A stretch of DNA of 64,000 nt from positions 64,001-128,000 of the IMG/VR virus record IMGVR_UViG_3300021255_004000; one strand, written 5' to 3'. Shown in pieces: positions 46,888 to 57,887 of the stretch. Each line of letters opens with the position of its first letter. Position 1 is the first letter of the stretch. A program made the position numbers and the translations under genes. This stretch comes from a virus (lineage: Duplodnaviria; Caudoviricetes). The notes under the pieces were generated by a model. That model was not told the origin of the DNA, made no database searches, and saw only the letters and a list, made by a program, of their open reading frames with translations.

Positions 46888-47278
46888 AGTGCCTCCAATT
46901 TTCATAAATATATTAACTAAATCGTATATGTTCAAAATCGTTTATTCTCATAATGAGTACTACTTGTATGATGGCTTCAACTTTTATGGGTCTTATCATT
47001 CAATGGCAGATGCTGAAAGTGGGCGGCATTGCTTAAAAAGACAACACGCTGTACCTCTTGAACAAGCAGCAGAACTTCTTGGGTACAAAGTAATTGTACC
47101 TTGTCTTGACTAACAAGTTTCCAAAACTACATCAAAATCAGGCGGAGCAGGATAATCCCGTAAACAAACAGGACACCTAAAACAACTTATCCCTTTGATA
47201 TGTTTGTTATCGTCCCACCAAGTGTCCCATATTGGAATAAGCTCTTCACCGCAGACACATCGTCCAAACTTTGAATCA

Positions 47279-47665
47279 TCAATATCCGACATCGTCTTCT
47301 CCTTCCCAAAGTTCTTGTTCAGCATCAAAGCGATACCAAAACTCCCAATATCCTTTAGGCTTCTTATCAAGATAAACTAAAACAGCATCATCAAACAGTT
47401 CCATTTGAATATTGAAAAACTCTTTGGCTTCAGGAGTATAAAACCATTCAAGAGTTCTTTTGTCTTGTATTCCGATAATGTTCATTGACGAAGGACCTGT
47501 GCTATAGTTTATTTGACAGTAACCATTTATGAAGTTGCGGGGCTTTCTGAATCCCGCAACAAACTTTCCTTCAGTGTTTTCCTGAAAGTCAAGAATCATA
47601 TAGCGGAGTTCATTTTTCATAGTAAGGTCATTGATACCCCAAGAATTAGGCTTCATCGTCAGCAT
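47279..47665 (-). CDS. hypothetical protein
   Basis: operon-packed ORF. Confidence 0.5.
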   Translation of the reverse strand: MLTMKPNSWGINDLTMKNELRYMILDFQENTEGKFVAGFRKPRNFINGYCQINYSTGPSSMNIIGIQDKRTLEWFYTPEAKEFFNIQMELFDDAVLVYLDKKPKGYWEFWYRFDAEQELWEGEDDVGY

Positions 47666-49070
47666 TAGAATCCTCCACAGGAATCATTGACATTATAGCG
47701 GGATCAAAGAGATACTTACCGATGATGCCGACCTGTCCTTGGTTTTGTTTCAACATTGAAACTTCACAATAATCAGGCATATCTTTCCACAAGTCTTTAT
47801 CTTCAATCATCTGTTCAGCATAGTACTTTGCTCGGAATAAACCGATTGCCCAACGAACGCGTTCAAGGAATGCACCTGAGTTTTTGATTTGATTTCTTAC
47901 AGGACGGAACTTTTTCAAGTCATCAAGATCATCTGCACGGCCTTCGCCTTCACCCTTACGATTCATCTGAAGAACAGCAATGTAATGGAAGCCAAGTTCC
48001 TTTGCCATAGCATTAAGGATGTTGATTGCAACTTCAATACCTTGTGCGAAGTTCATACCTTTATCATCAGTAATCATAAACTCTTTAACCATTGAAAGAA
48101 GGTCAAATACAACAATGCAGTACTCCTGACCAATGTCCTGCTGAAACTTTTTAATGTCCTGCTTAATCTGTGTCAAAGAAATTGAAGCACATTCAGAAAA
48201 GCGGAAGTTTGGATTCTGTTTCAAAATATCAAACTGAGCTTTAATCTGATCTTTAATCATTTGCCAAGTTTCTTGGTCAGCAGGGTTTACAAGATCTTCC
48301 ATATCGATGTTACTTCTCAAAGCCATCATACGGTCAAATGTATCAGTTTCACCCATTTCCAAAGAATAGTACATTAAAGGAACTCTTTGATTGATACAAC
48401 GGTTGATTAAGTTAAGACAGAAAGCAGACTTACCCATACCTGTTGCAGCAGCAATCAAACCACCGCTTCCTGGTGCAGGTCCATACTTAACTGCTTTATC
48501 CAAAATAGGATCACCAAACTTATACTGTTTGCCGTTCTTACGAGCTTCAAAGTTTTCAAGATATGACTGCTCAACTTCATCAAAAGTTTTGATTCTTGCT
48601 TTCTTTGCAATCGGCATCAATTCATTTTCTGCCTGATAAAGCAAGTTACGAATCTTTTCGTTATCAGCTTCGCTTCTTAAAGGATTTGAATTGATAATCT
48701 TTTTAACTTTCTCAAGATAATCAAGTCCTTTCAAAGAACAAGCAGTATCCTGAAGCATTTCAACTGCATCTTTGATAACAACATTTGGGTCAGTATTTAC
48801 ATTTATAAATGCCTGAATAAAGTCAGGTGTAACATTGATGTTACGAGCAGATGCATCTTGAAAGATTGCATTTTTTGATTGTGGAATGCCTGCTGCATTC
48901 AACTTCTGCATTGCATCAAAAGTATCTTTACAAGTTTCGTGAACAAAGACATCTCTTTCAACACCAGTCTCAAGGAAGTTTTGTGGATTTAAGTAAAGAG
49001 CATTTAACAAGCGGTACTCTGCAATAAGTACTGGGTTCTGCTCATCAAGATTTTCAACATTTCTGTTCAT
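47646..49070 (-). CDS. DnaB-like replicative helicase
   Basis: AATGMGKS, YSLEM, VVFD, LQMNR, KNSGA. Confidence 0.9.
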   Translation of the reverse strand: MNRNVENLDEQNPVLIAEYRLLNALYLNPQNFLETGVERDVFVHETCKDTFDAMQKLNAAGIPQSKNAIFQDASARNINVTPDFIQAFINVNTDPNVVIKDAVEMLQDTACSLKGLDYLEKVKKIINSNPLRSEADNEKIRNLLYQAENELMPIAKKARIKTFDEVEQSYLENFEARKNGKQYKFGDPILDKAVKYGPAPGSGGLIAAATGMGKSAFCLNLINRCINQRVPLMYYSLEMGETDTFDRMMALRSNIDMEDLVNPADQETWQMIKDQIKAQFDILKQNPNFRFSECASISLTQIKQDIKKFQQDIGQEYCIVVFDLLSMVKEFMITDDKGMNFAQGIEVAINILNAMAKELGFHYIAVLQMNRKGEGEGRADDLDDLKKFRPVRNQIKNSGAFLERVRWAIGLFRAKYYAEQMIEDKDLWKDMPDYCEVSMLKQNQGQVGIIGKYLFDPAIMSMIPVEDSNADDEA

Positions 49071-49090
49071 AAAATTATATTAACTCCCAA

Positions 49091-49840
49091 TTAGAAAAGT
49101 GAACCGTCAAATTCCTTAGTTGTTGACTGCATATAGTTGTCCAAGAACTGAAGATAACAATTATGCAACATAACTTCTCTTTCAACGAAGTCCTGAATTG
49201 AATGACTTAAGCCGTTTGCTTCAATGTTTTTGATTTCAACATTACTTACAAAAAAGATACCTTTGTTTAAGGCGCCTACACGACGACGAATCCAAGAGTC
49301 AATGTAACTCAACTGATAGCCTGACTTCCAAAGTTTCATCTTCTCTTTATCGAAAGATTCATCAATGATAATCAAATCAGTTTCTTCGAGCTTCTCAACC
49401 ATCGCTTTTGCTTTTTCAGCTTTTTCCTGATTGAAATCTTCAGCATCCATCAACAACTTTACAAGGTCATTCATCAACATATAACGAACAGAATAACCTT
49501 TGTCAAGCAGCTGATGTCCAACCCAAGACATCATTGTCGTTTTCTGAGTTCCGTTTGGTCCGTAAAGATAACAAACCAAAGAACGAACTGCTGGGTTTTT
49601 ATCAAACTGCTCAACATAATTGATGATACGGTCTTTGTCTTTAATCGACTTTGTACCTGCATAAGTGCGAGGATTGTAATTGTAATGTCTTGTGTCAAAG
49701 CCGTTGTGCTTGTAAGTTTTTTCAACTGTGTTTTCGTGATCCCACTTTTTGTGGCATTCACATTCAACCGCAACCATACCATCATTGGTCATTTTATAAA
49801 GCCAACCATTATTGCACTTTCTGCAAGGTACAAATTCCAT
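49091..49840 (-). CDS. DnaC/IstB-like helicase loader
   Basis: N-terminal CxxC..CxC, GPNGTQKT, DLIIIDE. Confidence 0.8.
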   Translation of the reverse strand: MEFVPCRKCNNGWLYKMTNDGMVAVECECHKKWDHENTVEKTYKHNGFDTRHYNYNPRTYAGTKSIKDKDRIINYVEQFDKNPAVRSLVCYLYGPNGTQKTTMMSWVGHQLLDKGYSVRYMLMNDLVKLLMDAEDFNQEKAEKAKAMVEKLEETDLIIIDESFDKEKMKLWKSGYQLSYIDSWIRRRVGALNKGIFFVSNVEIKNIEANGLSHSIQDFVEREVMLHNCYLQFLDNYMQSTTKEFDGSLF

Positions 49841-50667
49841 TAAAAAGAACCTCCACTTTCATTGCTTGTTGCAACATTTTGAAAATATTGTCTGCTTTCA
49901 ACAAACTTCTTTAAGTCATCGTAGTGACGATCATATATATGCATTGAGTCACTTGTCCAAATAATTGTTCCGACTTCAAGATCAGGATATGTTGATTTCA
50001 AATCTTCATACATATTCTGATAAACGAAACAGTTCCAAGCAAGGTCTGAACAAATGAAACCATAACGAATATCGTTACTTCTCATATTGTGAACCATATA
50101 AAGTTTGTTGTTTCTGATAAAGAAGTGAGAATACATTGTGCAAATCATATCGTGCATTCCGTCACGCTTATAATCTTTGTAGATTTCGGGGCGGTTATAC
50201 ACAATGATAGCGTTTCTTGTTGTTTTGTCTTTTTTCAAAACTTCAAGGCAGTTGTCATACTGTGAACCATTCTCTTCACTGAAAACACACCAGCCATAAT
50301 TGCTGTTGATTTCTTTCTTTTCATCTTTTGTGCAGCACGACTGCCAGGTATGATTTGTTTCAATTCCTTCGTGACCAATGATACTTAAGTCCATTGACTT
50401 GTACCATTCAAGTTCAGACTTTACATACTTCTTTGGTGTTTGAAAACTTTTGTCAAGATAGATGTAAGGAGCATAAGGGTCAAGCTGAATTGTTTTTGCA
50501 AGCAATTCCACATAAGAACTCTGCCCATCAACTTGTGATGCATTTGCACCTGTTTTTACAACATCGTTGTTCATTACTTTGTAAAAAAGTGAATAAAGCA
50601 AATCACGAACAACGATGTCATTGTTACGATTTTTCTCAATCGGTTCTTCAACCGTAAATGTTCTCAT
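49840..50667 (-). CDS. dCMP hydroxymethylase (T4 gp42-like, thymidylate synthase fold)
   Basis: ELEWYKS, EINSNYGW, DMICT, MRSND..YGF..D.AW, SMHIY; GGAGG RBS before ATG 50667. Confidence 0.85.
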   Translation of the reverse strand: MRTFTVEEPIEKNRNNDIVVRDLLYSLFYKVMNNDVVKTGANASQVDGQSSYVELLAKTIQLDPYAPYIYLDKSFQTPKKYVKSELEWYKSMDLSIIGHEGIETNHTWQSCCTKDEKKEINSNYGWCVFSEENGSQYDNCLEVLKKDKTTRNAIIVYNRPEIYKDYKRDGMHDMICTMYSHFFIRNNKLYMVHNMRSNDIRYGFICSDLAWNCFVYQNMYEDLKSTYPDLEVGTIIWTSDSMHIYDRHYDDLKKFVESRQYFQNVATSNESGGSF

Positions 50668-50686
50668 TTGAACCTCCAATAAAATA

Positions 50687-50935
50687 TTAACTGATTTTGA
50701 CTTCCATTCCGTCAAAACATACGGGCCAGAAGTCAAGACACAGTTGAACATCTTCATATGAAAGTTCGATTTCTTTCCCCGCCATAAAGGCGTCCATTTC
50801 AAAGATATGAAGAACTCTTTCTAATTCTCTTCTAACTTCATTATCGCCCCATAAAGAAATATAGTGTTTAAGCGTGTCGATTGCATTAAAGATGTTTACC
50901 ATATTTCTTTCTGGAGTAGTGTCAGTTATAATCAT
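50687..50935 (-). CDS. hypothetical protein
   Basis: CLDFWP.CFDG motif shared with the next ORF. Confidence 0.6.
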   Translation of the reverse strand: MIITDTTPERNMVNIFNAIDTLKHYISLWGDNEVRRELERVLHIFEMDAFMAGKEIELSYEDVQLCLDFWPVCFDGMEVKIS

Positions 50936-51534
50936 TTTTTAGTTGCCTTTGGTTTTGATACTTCAAAGTAATCTGCACCATTTTCTTCGTCATCAGGAAT
51001 GCCATTTCCATTGTCATCAACTTTACAGTCAATTCCATCAAACATTGCAGGCCAAAAGTCGATACATTGCTCAAAGAAACGAGTGTTCAACATAACTTTC
51101 TTCTGAACAAGATACTGCTTTGACTGCAAAACTTTTAAGATTGCTTTATACAACTTAACTTTTCGTTCATCAGAAGAAGTTGAAATCTTTCTTTCAAGTT
51201 CAGCAACAGCTCTGTCATAAGGACGATTTGGCTTGATGTCATATTCCATTGCTTTTTTCTGTGCAGCAAGTTTCATTGCTTCTTGGCGTTTTAATTCCAT
51301 TTCCTGCTTAAGTTTCTGTTCAACAAGACGAAGTTGTCGATCCTTTTCTCTTCGCATTTTGTCATATTCTTTTTCTTTCTTGTACATTATTGCAAAAAAG
51401 ACCATAAAGATAAATGCGACTCCTGATGGTATAGCCATCGTAAATGGAATAATTTCAAATAATGAACAAGAAACTCCAACTACGCCTAAGATACCAAAGA
51501 TAATACTTGTCACTAACATTGATGTCATTTGCAA
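50932..51534 (-). CDS. membrane protein with coiled coil
   Basis: two TM segments; CIDFWP.MFDG. Confidence 0.65.
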   Translation of the reverse strand: MQMTSMLVTSIIFGILGVVGVSCSLFEIIPFTMAIPSGVAFIFMVFFAIMYKKEKEYDKMRREKDRQLRLVEQKLKQEMELKRQEAMKLAAQKKAMEYDIKPNRPYDRAVAELERKISTSSDERKVKLYKAILKVLQSKQYLVQKKVMLNTRFFEQCIDFWPAMFDGIDCKVDDNGNGIPDDEENGADYFEVSKPKATKK

Positions 51535-51588
51535 CTCCTTAAAAACATGGGCGGTTGAGCCCTTAAACTCAACCGCATTTATTCAACC

Positions 51589-52590
51589 TTATTTATTTGG
51601 CTGCATCAAATCTCGAACCGAACCGAGTGCTTTCAAATCCTGAACTACAACTGTATCAGGAACAGGAGCATATTTACCCTGCTTAATTGCTTCAGCCTGA
51701 GCCTGTGCAATAATCTTGGTGTTTTCGATTTCCTGTTCACCTCTCTTGCGTTTCAACTCAAGATCAAGGGTGGAAGCTTTAGCTCGAGCAACATCTGCTT
51801 CAATGTTTGCTTCTTTAATCTTATTCTGACGCTGTGCTTCGATTAAGTCGGCCTTCTGATGTTCAAGAACAATCTGTGCCTGTACTTTTGCCTGTTCGTC
51901 AATGTTTGACTGCAAAGTTGTATCATCATAAACTAAGCCATCGACGATTGCCAACTGGTCAATAGTAATACCCTGTCCTGCAAAATGTTCCTTAGTCTTT
52001 GTAACAGCATCTGACAAGATTACATCGCGCATTTTCGCAACATCTTTGTACTCAACTGTATGGAATGCCTTACCTGCTTCCTGGGCAAAGTAACGGTTTA
52101 TCTGTGTATCAATTACCGACTGGAAGTCAACTGCTTTGTAGTAACTTAAGTATAGAGCTGCATCTTCAGGCTTAATTCGTACGGTGTACGACATAGGAAT
52201 TGTAATGCCCTGTGAAGCTGCTGTTTCAACTTTAATTGCATTCTTTTCATTCTGTAACCAGTTACCTGAACGCGGTGTTAAGTCGACTGTGATTACACGA
52301 ACTGTACCTTTGTAATAACCAGAGCGAGCAAAGCGGCCTGTCTTAATCCACTTGTGCGGAATCTGAATGAGTTTGCTTGAAACCAAGTGGTTCTGATAAA
52401 ACTCAACATTTTCGTTCAACTGAACCTGATCTTCTGTTTTCACATTTTCATCAGTGAACATTGGGATTACGAAGGCGGTCTCATTAGGACCAACTTCCAC
52501 ATACTCAGGCTTGTCGTAAGGACGAACACAACCTGTAAACGATACTGTCATTGCAACAAGCAATGCGAATACGAATGACAACTTTTTCAT
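51589..52590 (-). CDS. SPFH/band-7 domain lipoprotein
   Basis: lipobox FTGC; YVEVGPNETAFVI; GITIDQL; coiled-coil tail. Confidence 0.75.
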   Translation of the reverse strand: MKKLSFVFALLVAMTVSFTGCVRPYDKPEYVEVGPNETAFVIPMFTDENVKTEDQVQLNENVEFYQNHLVSSKLIQIPHKWIKTGRFARSGYYKGTVRVITVDLTPRSGNWLQNEKNAIKVETAASQGITIPMSYTVRIKPEDAALYLSYYKAVDFQSVIDTQINRYFAQEAGKAFHTVEYKDVAKMRDVILSDAVTKTKEHFAGQGITIDQLAIVDGLVYDDTTLQSNIDEQAKVQAQIVLEHQKADLIEAQRQNKIKEANIEADVARAKASTLDLELKRKRGEQEIENTKIIAQAQAEAIKQGKYAPVPDTVVVQDLKALGSVRDLMQPNK

Positions 52591-52613
52591 TCATATACCT
52601 CCAAAAAATTGTT

Positions 52614-52997
52614 TTATTTTTTCGGCTTTACACGACCTTTATTAAAGGTGTCCTTAGCCGTGGTATAATATGTATAGGCTTGTGAGTCTTGGGTATAGGA
52701 ACTATCCTCAGTAAACCACAAAGCAAATATAACATATTTTTCTGTTTTCCATTCACCAGGTGCTTTGTCATTTCCTGGGTAGTACAACAGAAACAGGTAC
52801 CCATTGTCACCTGCCTTTGTTTCAAGCAGCTTTGCATTTGTTGAAAACTGCTGCGGAACAACCTGTTCTGTAACAGGTGCGGGCTTCTCAATTGGACTTT
52901 TGTTTTCCCAAGGGTAGTACTCTTTTGAGGGCTCACAGGAAACAAAAAGTCCAACAAGCAGTGTTGCAAAAAGCAACTTAATTGTCTTTGTCTTCAT
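52614..52997 (-). CDS. putative lipoprotein
   Basis: signal peptide ending FVSC. Confidence 0.6.
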   Translation of the reverse strand: MKTKTIKLLFATLLVGLFVSCEPSKEYYPWENKSPIEKPAPVTEQVVPQQFSTNAKLLETKAGDNGYLFLLYYPGNDKAPGEWKTEKYVIFALWFTEDSSYTQDSQAYTYYTTAKDTFNKGRVKPKK

Positions 52998-53283
52998 CGA
53001 TCTTGTCCTTGATATATCTTACTACAAGATCTGCTGCTCTGACTGCAAAACATATTGTGATAATCACGAAGATAACCGCAGCGATGTGTGGCAGGCTTGC
53101 AGTATAAGTTGCAACTGCATTGCTGCCGTTTTTCAAACCTTCAATTACTGCAGCCGTCTGGGCATTGTTCTGAACAAAAGTTTCAGCAAGCGGGGCGGCA
53201 GAACCGAAGAGCAAAGCAAGAACTGTATTAAGAATTACTTTCACTTTCGGAAACTTTTTCGTTTCCTTCTGATTTTTTGACAT
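52978..53283 (-). CDS. membrane protein
   Basis: two hydrophobic segments. Confidence 0.55.
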   Translation of the reverse strand: MSKNQKETKKFPKVKVILNTVLALLFGSAAPLAETFVQNNAQTAAVIEGLKNGSNAVATYTASLPHIAAVIFVIITICFAVRAADLVVRYIKDKIDEDKDN

Positions 53284-53617
53284 CAGCTTTCTCCTTTTCA
53301 ATTAAATTAACAATATATGTTCTTTCCAAGACTTTTTCAAACCATCTGCAGTACCAAAGTCCTGCGGCAACAAAAACAGCAAGAGATATGAATATTGCGA
53401 TAAGTCCTGCAACGGCTCCGCGTCCTTTTGCAACTTCAAGTGCAACATCTGCAACAAGATCAGCAACAAGGAATGTGTACCATCCTGTCCATCGTTCCCA
53501 GAAGCTCACTTTTCGTTTGGAAATGCCGACTGAAGCAACTTTGTACTTATCGTCATTCTCGTTTTCATTCATAGCATCGATTGACTGCTGAGTCAACATC
53601 TGCAATCTTTCTTCCAT
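53228..53617 (-). CDS. membrane protein
   Basis: hydrophobic segments, RBS. Confidence 0.55.
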   Translation of the reverse strand: MEERLQMLTQQSIDAMNENENDDKYKVASVGISKRKVSFWERWTGWYTFLVADLVADVALEVAKGRGAVAGLIAIFISLAVFVAAGLWYCRWFEKVLERTYIVNLIEKEKADVKKSEGNEKVSESESNS

Positions 53618-53629
53618 ATATCCTACCTC

Positions 53630-53965
53630 CTAGTAGTCAGCTCTTCTTTTTGCTTCCCAGATTTCCTGAAGCTCTTTGTAAGCTTTGTCTTCAATCATTT
53701 TTGCAACAGTGTAAGCGCAGCTGTATTTGATTGCACATTTGTTAAACTGATCTTTTATCCAATCTTCAGGAACTTTACCTTCCTCGAAGAAATAAGCTTT
53801 GTTGTTGTGGCCATTGAAAATTGCCTTACCGTTCTCAAGTTCAACAAGAGCAACACCGTTCTTCCATTCAAGGATGTTTACATAATGCCAGTCAAAAACA
53901 TCAGTGTAGGCGTAGAAGTCTCCAAAATCTTTAAACTGTTCTTCGGTATACTGTGCTTTTGCCAT
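53630..53965 (-). CDS. hypothetical early protein
   Basis: AAGGAG RBS, downstream of early promoter. Confidence 0.6.
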   Translation of the reverse strand: MAKAQYTEEQFKDFGDFYAYTDVFDWHYVNILEWKNGVALVELENGKAIFNGHNNKAYFFEEGKVPEDWIKDQFNKCAIKYSCAYTVAKMIEDKAYKELQEIWEAKRRADY

Positions 53966-54408
53966 AATTTGCTCCTTGTTGTTTGGTTTACAGTAATAAT
54001 ATAAAAGAGGAGCGATAGAAGTTCAAATTTTTACATAAAAATTTTCTAATAATTTTTCATATTCAAAAACATCAAAATTGATACGAAGATTTCTTTCATC
54101 ATATGTTCCGTGGATTCTTATTCCGTCAGCGTAAAGATTCATAATAAGAGCATCACAAGAGTCTTTTTCATAGATCAATGCAAACTCTCTATCTGGTGTT
54201 TTCACTGACCATCCGCATTCGTTGTCTTTCAATCTTATCGGATACTTTTTGAGTTCTGAGAATTCTTTCTCTGTAATAAATCCGCACTGTTGCAAAACTG
54301 CTATAAAAGTTACAGCTTTAATAACTTCGTTTTCCATATTAAAATATTAACGCCTGACCATTAAGATCAGGCGTTTTATGTGGATATTTTTATTTCAACT
54401 CCAACTTA

Positions 54409-55917
54409 TTAGTTGAAGTGTTTTCCACAGCAAGGGCAAACTGAGAATGAGTTTGGCGAAAGCTGTCCACAACCGCCCTGGTCTGTAGGACAGTCGAGAA
54501 GTGAAGGAGCTGTGTCAGTCCATTCAATGTGGTTAAGTGTTCCATCAGAGTTGAGAATTACATCTTTGATGTAAGATTTCTGCTCTGTTGAAAGTTCATT
54601 GTAACCTTTGAGAACTGCAAGCTTTTCAGGAGTCAAACCTGAAGCAGGCGTTTCCTGAGCAACAGTTCTTGTTACTGGAGCAGCTTCCTGTACTGGAGCC
54701 ATATTGTCAAATGAAGGAGCAGCCTGTGTTGCAGGAGCAGCATCAGCAGCCGGAGCAGTTTCCTGTGCAGGAGTTTCAGCAGGAGCAGCGTTTGCAGCTG
54801 CAGCTTCTCTTGCAGCTTTTTCCTTTGCCCACTGTTCTGATTCCTCTTTTACAAGAGCCTGAAGGTCTTCATAAAAGTGGCTGTCTGCCTTCTTTCCTGC
54901 TTTCAAAGCGTCTTCATTGCAAGCAGCATCAATCAACTGAATTGTCTTTCCAAGGTACTTATCAATAGTATGATAAGATGTTACGCGGAAGTTTTCATCA
55001 AGATCGTAACGAGCATAATTCAATTCTTCAGCTGTCAAAGCAGGTTCCTGAGAAATGAACCTGTACTCAGCAGGGTCAATACCCATTGACTTATCAAGAT
55101 TTGCCTTGATAGCGGCAGGATTTGTAAATGCTGTACCGTTAAACATATTTGTTACAGTATCAAGCTTTTCACCTGTCTTTGTAATTACAACATCATACTT
55201 CTCCCAACCCATTTTGAAGTTGTTGCGAAGATTTGTAAGCGGACCAAAGAAGCCAAATGCGGGTACACCAAAGTCAGCGTATTCCTTTCCATCAGGTGTA
55301 ACATTTACATTCTTTGAAATCAACTTTGTGTGTTTATTTGTTTTACACCAGTCATCACGGCGGTCGATAACATTGATAAGCAACATTTCAGGACCTTTCC
55401 AACCGCGGGCATACATATAAGGCCATTTACCGTCAGCTTCTGTATAGCCGCCTTTGTTTACCTTTTCGTATACATCTGGGTGATTGATTTTGAATGTTTC
55501 GATAGGTTTGTTCTTTCCTGTAGCAGGATCTTTTACCCATTCCTTTGCATAAACCTTGTCAATGATTTTCCACATCAAGTGGTCCTGCTCAGGTTCATCA
55601 GCACGAAGCGGAAGGTAAAGATAGAAAACAGTTTTTCCGTCATCAGACTTTACTTTTGAGATATGCATAAACTTCATATCAGAAGGATTTGGGCGATGAG
55701 CCTTAAGGTCTTCTGCAACAAAGTTACCTACAAAGCGAACAATAGTTGGATGTTCTTTTGAAAGACCAACATACTTGATTGCTTCATACTCGCGTTTCTG
55801 ATAATTTGCGGAATTTTTCTTGCGTTCCTCTTCCTTCTTTTTTCTCTCGTCTTCAGAGGCAACCCAAGAGTTGAAGATGTCATCGTCGTTCGATGCAGTG
55901 AATTGTGTTTCGTTCAT
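54409..55917 (-). CDS. putative single-stranded DNA-binding protein (gp32-like) with Ala/Pro linker and C-terminal Zn ribbon
   Basis: IVRF...INVID...YDVVITKTG pattern; replication-gene context. Confidence 0.5.
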   Translation of the reverse strand: MNETQFTASNDDDIFNSWVASEDERKKKEEERKKNSANYQKREYEAIKYVGLSKEHPTIVRFVGNFVAEDLKAHRPNPSDMKFMHISKVKSDDGKTVFYLYLPLRADEPEQDHLMWKIIDKVYAKEWVKDPATGKNKPIETFKINHPDVYEKVNKGGYTEADGKWPYMYARGWKGPEMLLINVIDRRDDWCKTNKHTKLISKNVNVTPDGKEYADFGVPAFGFFGPLTNLRNNFKMGWEKYDVVITKTGEKLDTVTNMFNGTAFTNPAAIKANLDKSMGIDPAEYRFISQEPALTAEELNYARYDLDENFRVTSYHTIDKYLGKTIQLIDAACNEDALKAGKKADSHFYEDLQALVKEESEQWAKEKAAREAAAANAAPAETPAQETAPAADAAPATQAAPSFDNMAPVQEAAPVTRTVAQETPASGLTPEKLAVLKGYNELSTEQKSYIKDVILNSDGTLNHIEWTDTAPSLLDCPTDQGGCGQLSPNSFSVCPCCGKHFN

Positions 55918-56029
55918 TTATTTCTCCTATTTGACGCCTTGAACTTGGCATCTATAATTTATTTTATAACTGCTAGGCAGTTACTTGCAATTTTAATATT
56001 AACACTTACTTGTGTTTTATGAACAATAT

Positions 56030-56572
56030 TTAGTTATCTTTGTTCCAAGGTAAGCGCACTGTTGGAAGCTCTTCAAGACGCAAAGCATTTCTATCATACA
56101 GTGGACCTCTTTCAAGATAGTCATCAAAGTTGTCGTGAAAGTTTCTTTCAACACATCGTACAACATCATCGATTGCTCGCTGTTCCAAGTTATGGATTTC
56201 TGTTTCAGGAATTGTTCTAAGAGCCTCTCTTCTATTGAATAAAAAGCCTTTAGGAAGCATATCATCCAAAACTTTTACCATCTCATTGTAAAGTCGAATA
56301 ACCGTATGAAAGCCATTCTGATAACGAACAGCCATTCTGCTGTCCATTGCTTGTTCTTTTGCAAGTTCTTCTCTTTTAGCCTCAAGTTTTCGTGATTCCT
56401 GTTGAAGAGCTTTTTTAGCTTTTTCAAGTTCTGCAGGCTCTTCTGCAAGACGCCAAGTTTGCTTCTTAAGATGGTCATAACAATTATCACAAACTATTTC
56501 GCCTGTTGAAAACTCTTTATGAAAGTCTTTTGCTTCTTGTCCACAAAAGTCACAAACATACTTTATTGCCAT
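56030..56572 (-). CDS. Zn-finger coiled-coil protein
   Basis: CDFCG...CDNC. Confidence 0.6.
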   Translation of the reverse strand: MAIKYVCDFCGQEAKDFHKEFSTGEIVCDNCYDHLKKQTWRLAEEPAELEKAKKALQQESRKLEAKREELAKEQAMDSRMAVRYQNGFHTVIRLYNEMVKVLDDMLPKGFLFNRREALRTIPETEIHNLEQRAIDDVVRCVERNFHDNFDDYLERGPLYDRNALRLEELPTVRLPWNKDN

Positions 56573-57188
56573 ATTTTACTCCACATAGAAGTGAGAAAGA
56601 AACTTTTCAACTTTATCATCGCGATAAAAGCAGTCATCATCTGTGCCGCGCAACTTATTGCACTCATCTGGGAAGAATGCATAATATGCGTTAAAGATAC
56701 ACTGACCCCATCTCCACTCTTTATATGTGTTTGCAAACTCCTGAGCTTTGCGATAAGCAGCGTTTGCAAGATCTTCATTTACTGTAAAAACAATCATATT
56801 ATCTCTCCCACTTAATAAATCGGGTTTCCCCACTGTGTTACATCGATTTCAGCATAATCAGAAAGAGCGTCAACATTCTTTCCATAGGCATCCATCAACT
56901 TTATAAGCTTCTGCTTGTACTCTTCATTTATGAGTCCGTTGTTGAGAATGTCTTCATAAAGATTGTCAAACTCATCGTCACTCATTGTTTCTGGATTTTC
57001 CATTATTCTGACTCCCAATAAAAAAGATTTAAGCAACGATTGCCTTCACAATCAGTGCTTGTTTCAATACTTAAAACATCGCACTTGCTTATTTGGTTTT
57101 TAACAATATACTCATTCAGTTTGTCTACAGCAGACTTGTTATCTGTACTCCAAAAAGTCACCTTCTTTATTGTCATCATATAGGACTC

Positions 57189-57887
57189 CTAACATTTGAA
57201 TACATAAATACCGAACTCTTTAAGATGCTTTGCACCTTCAGGTAAGCGGTCATATTCATTATGATAGAACACATATTTGATACCTGCCTGTGCAATCATT
57301 TTAGCGCAACCTGGGCAAGGACAAGTTGAACAGTACAAAGTCAAGTCATCATAACTGTCCATTGAACTGTTCTTACCAAGTTCAAGAACAGCGTTCATTT
57401 CTGCGTGAACTTCATAAGCTTCTGAAAACTCGTGATGTCTTGTACTATAGTCTTTCTTAAGGCGGTCCATAGGAGTAAATACTTCATTACAGTTTTTGAA
57501 GCCTGAAGGAGTACCATTGAGACCTGTGGAAACAATTCGTCCGTTCTTTTCAATAACGCAACAAACCTTAAGGCGTGTACATTTTGAAAGCTGCTTCAAT
57601 GACTCAGTAACACCAAGGAAAGCTTTTGCCTGACGAAGATTTATTGTAATCTTTGCACCAAGGTCTTTATCGCTGTCAACTCTTCCAATAATGTTTGCTT
57701 CAGGCAGCGCATCAATCAACATTGAAACAGTTGCCAAATCATCGGTGAAGTCATAAACAACATCATCGTTTTCTTTGTGACGAATCCAAACTTCAACATC
57801 GGTTATGTCGTTAAACTCTTTGAAGTTATCACGATTAACTTTGTCGTCTCGTAAGTTTGATCTGTAGAATACCAAGTTCTGAATCAT
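57189..57887 (-). CDS. dCMP deaminase
   Basis: GLNGTPSG, HAEMNA, PCPGCAK. Confidence 0.92.
   Translation of the reverse strand: MIQNLVFYRSNLRDDKVNRDNFKEFNDITDVEVWIRHKENDDVVYDFTDDLATVSMLIDALPEANIIGRVDSDKDLGAKITINLRQAKAFLGVTESLKQLSKCTRLKVCCVIEKNGRIVSTGLNGTPSGFKNCNEVFTPMDRLKKDYSTRHHEFSEAYEVHAEMNAVLELGKNSSMDSYDDLTLYCSTCPCPGCAKMIAQAGIKYVFYHNEYDRLPEGAKHLKEFGIYVFKC

Noticed and set aside
50668-50802. N-terminal extension of the hydroxymethylase given in the ORF track
   Set aside because: It overlaps the upstream gene; the RBS and promoter motif point to ATG 50667.
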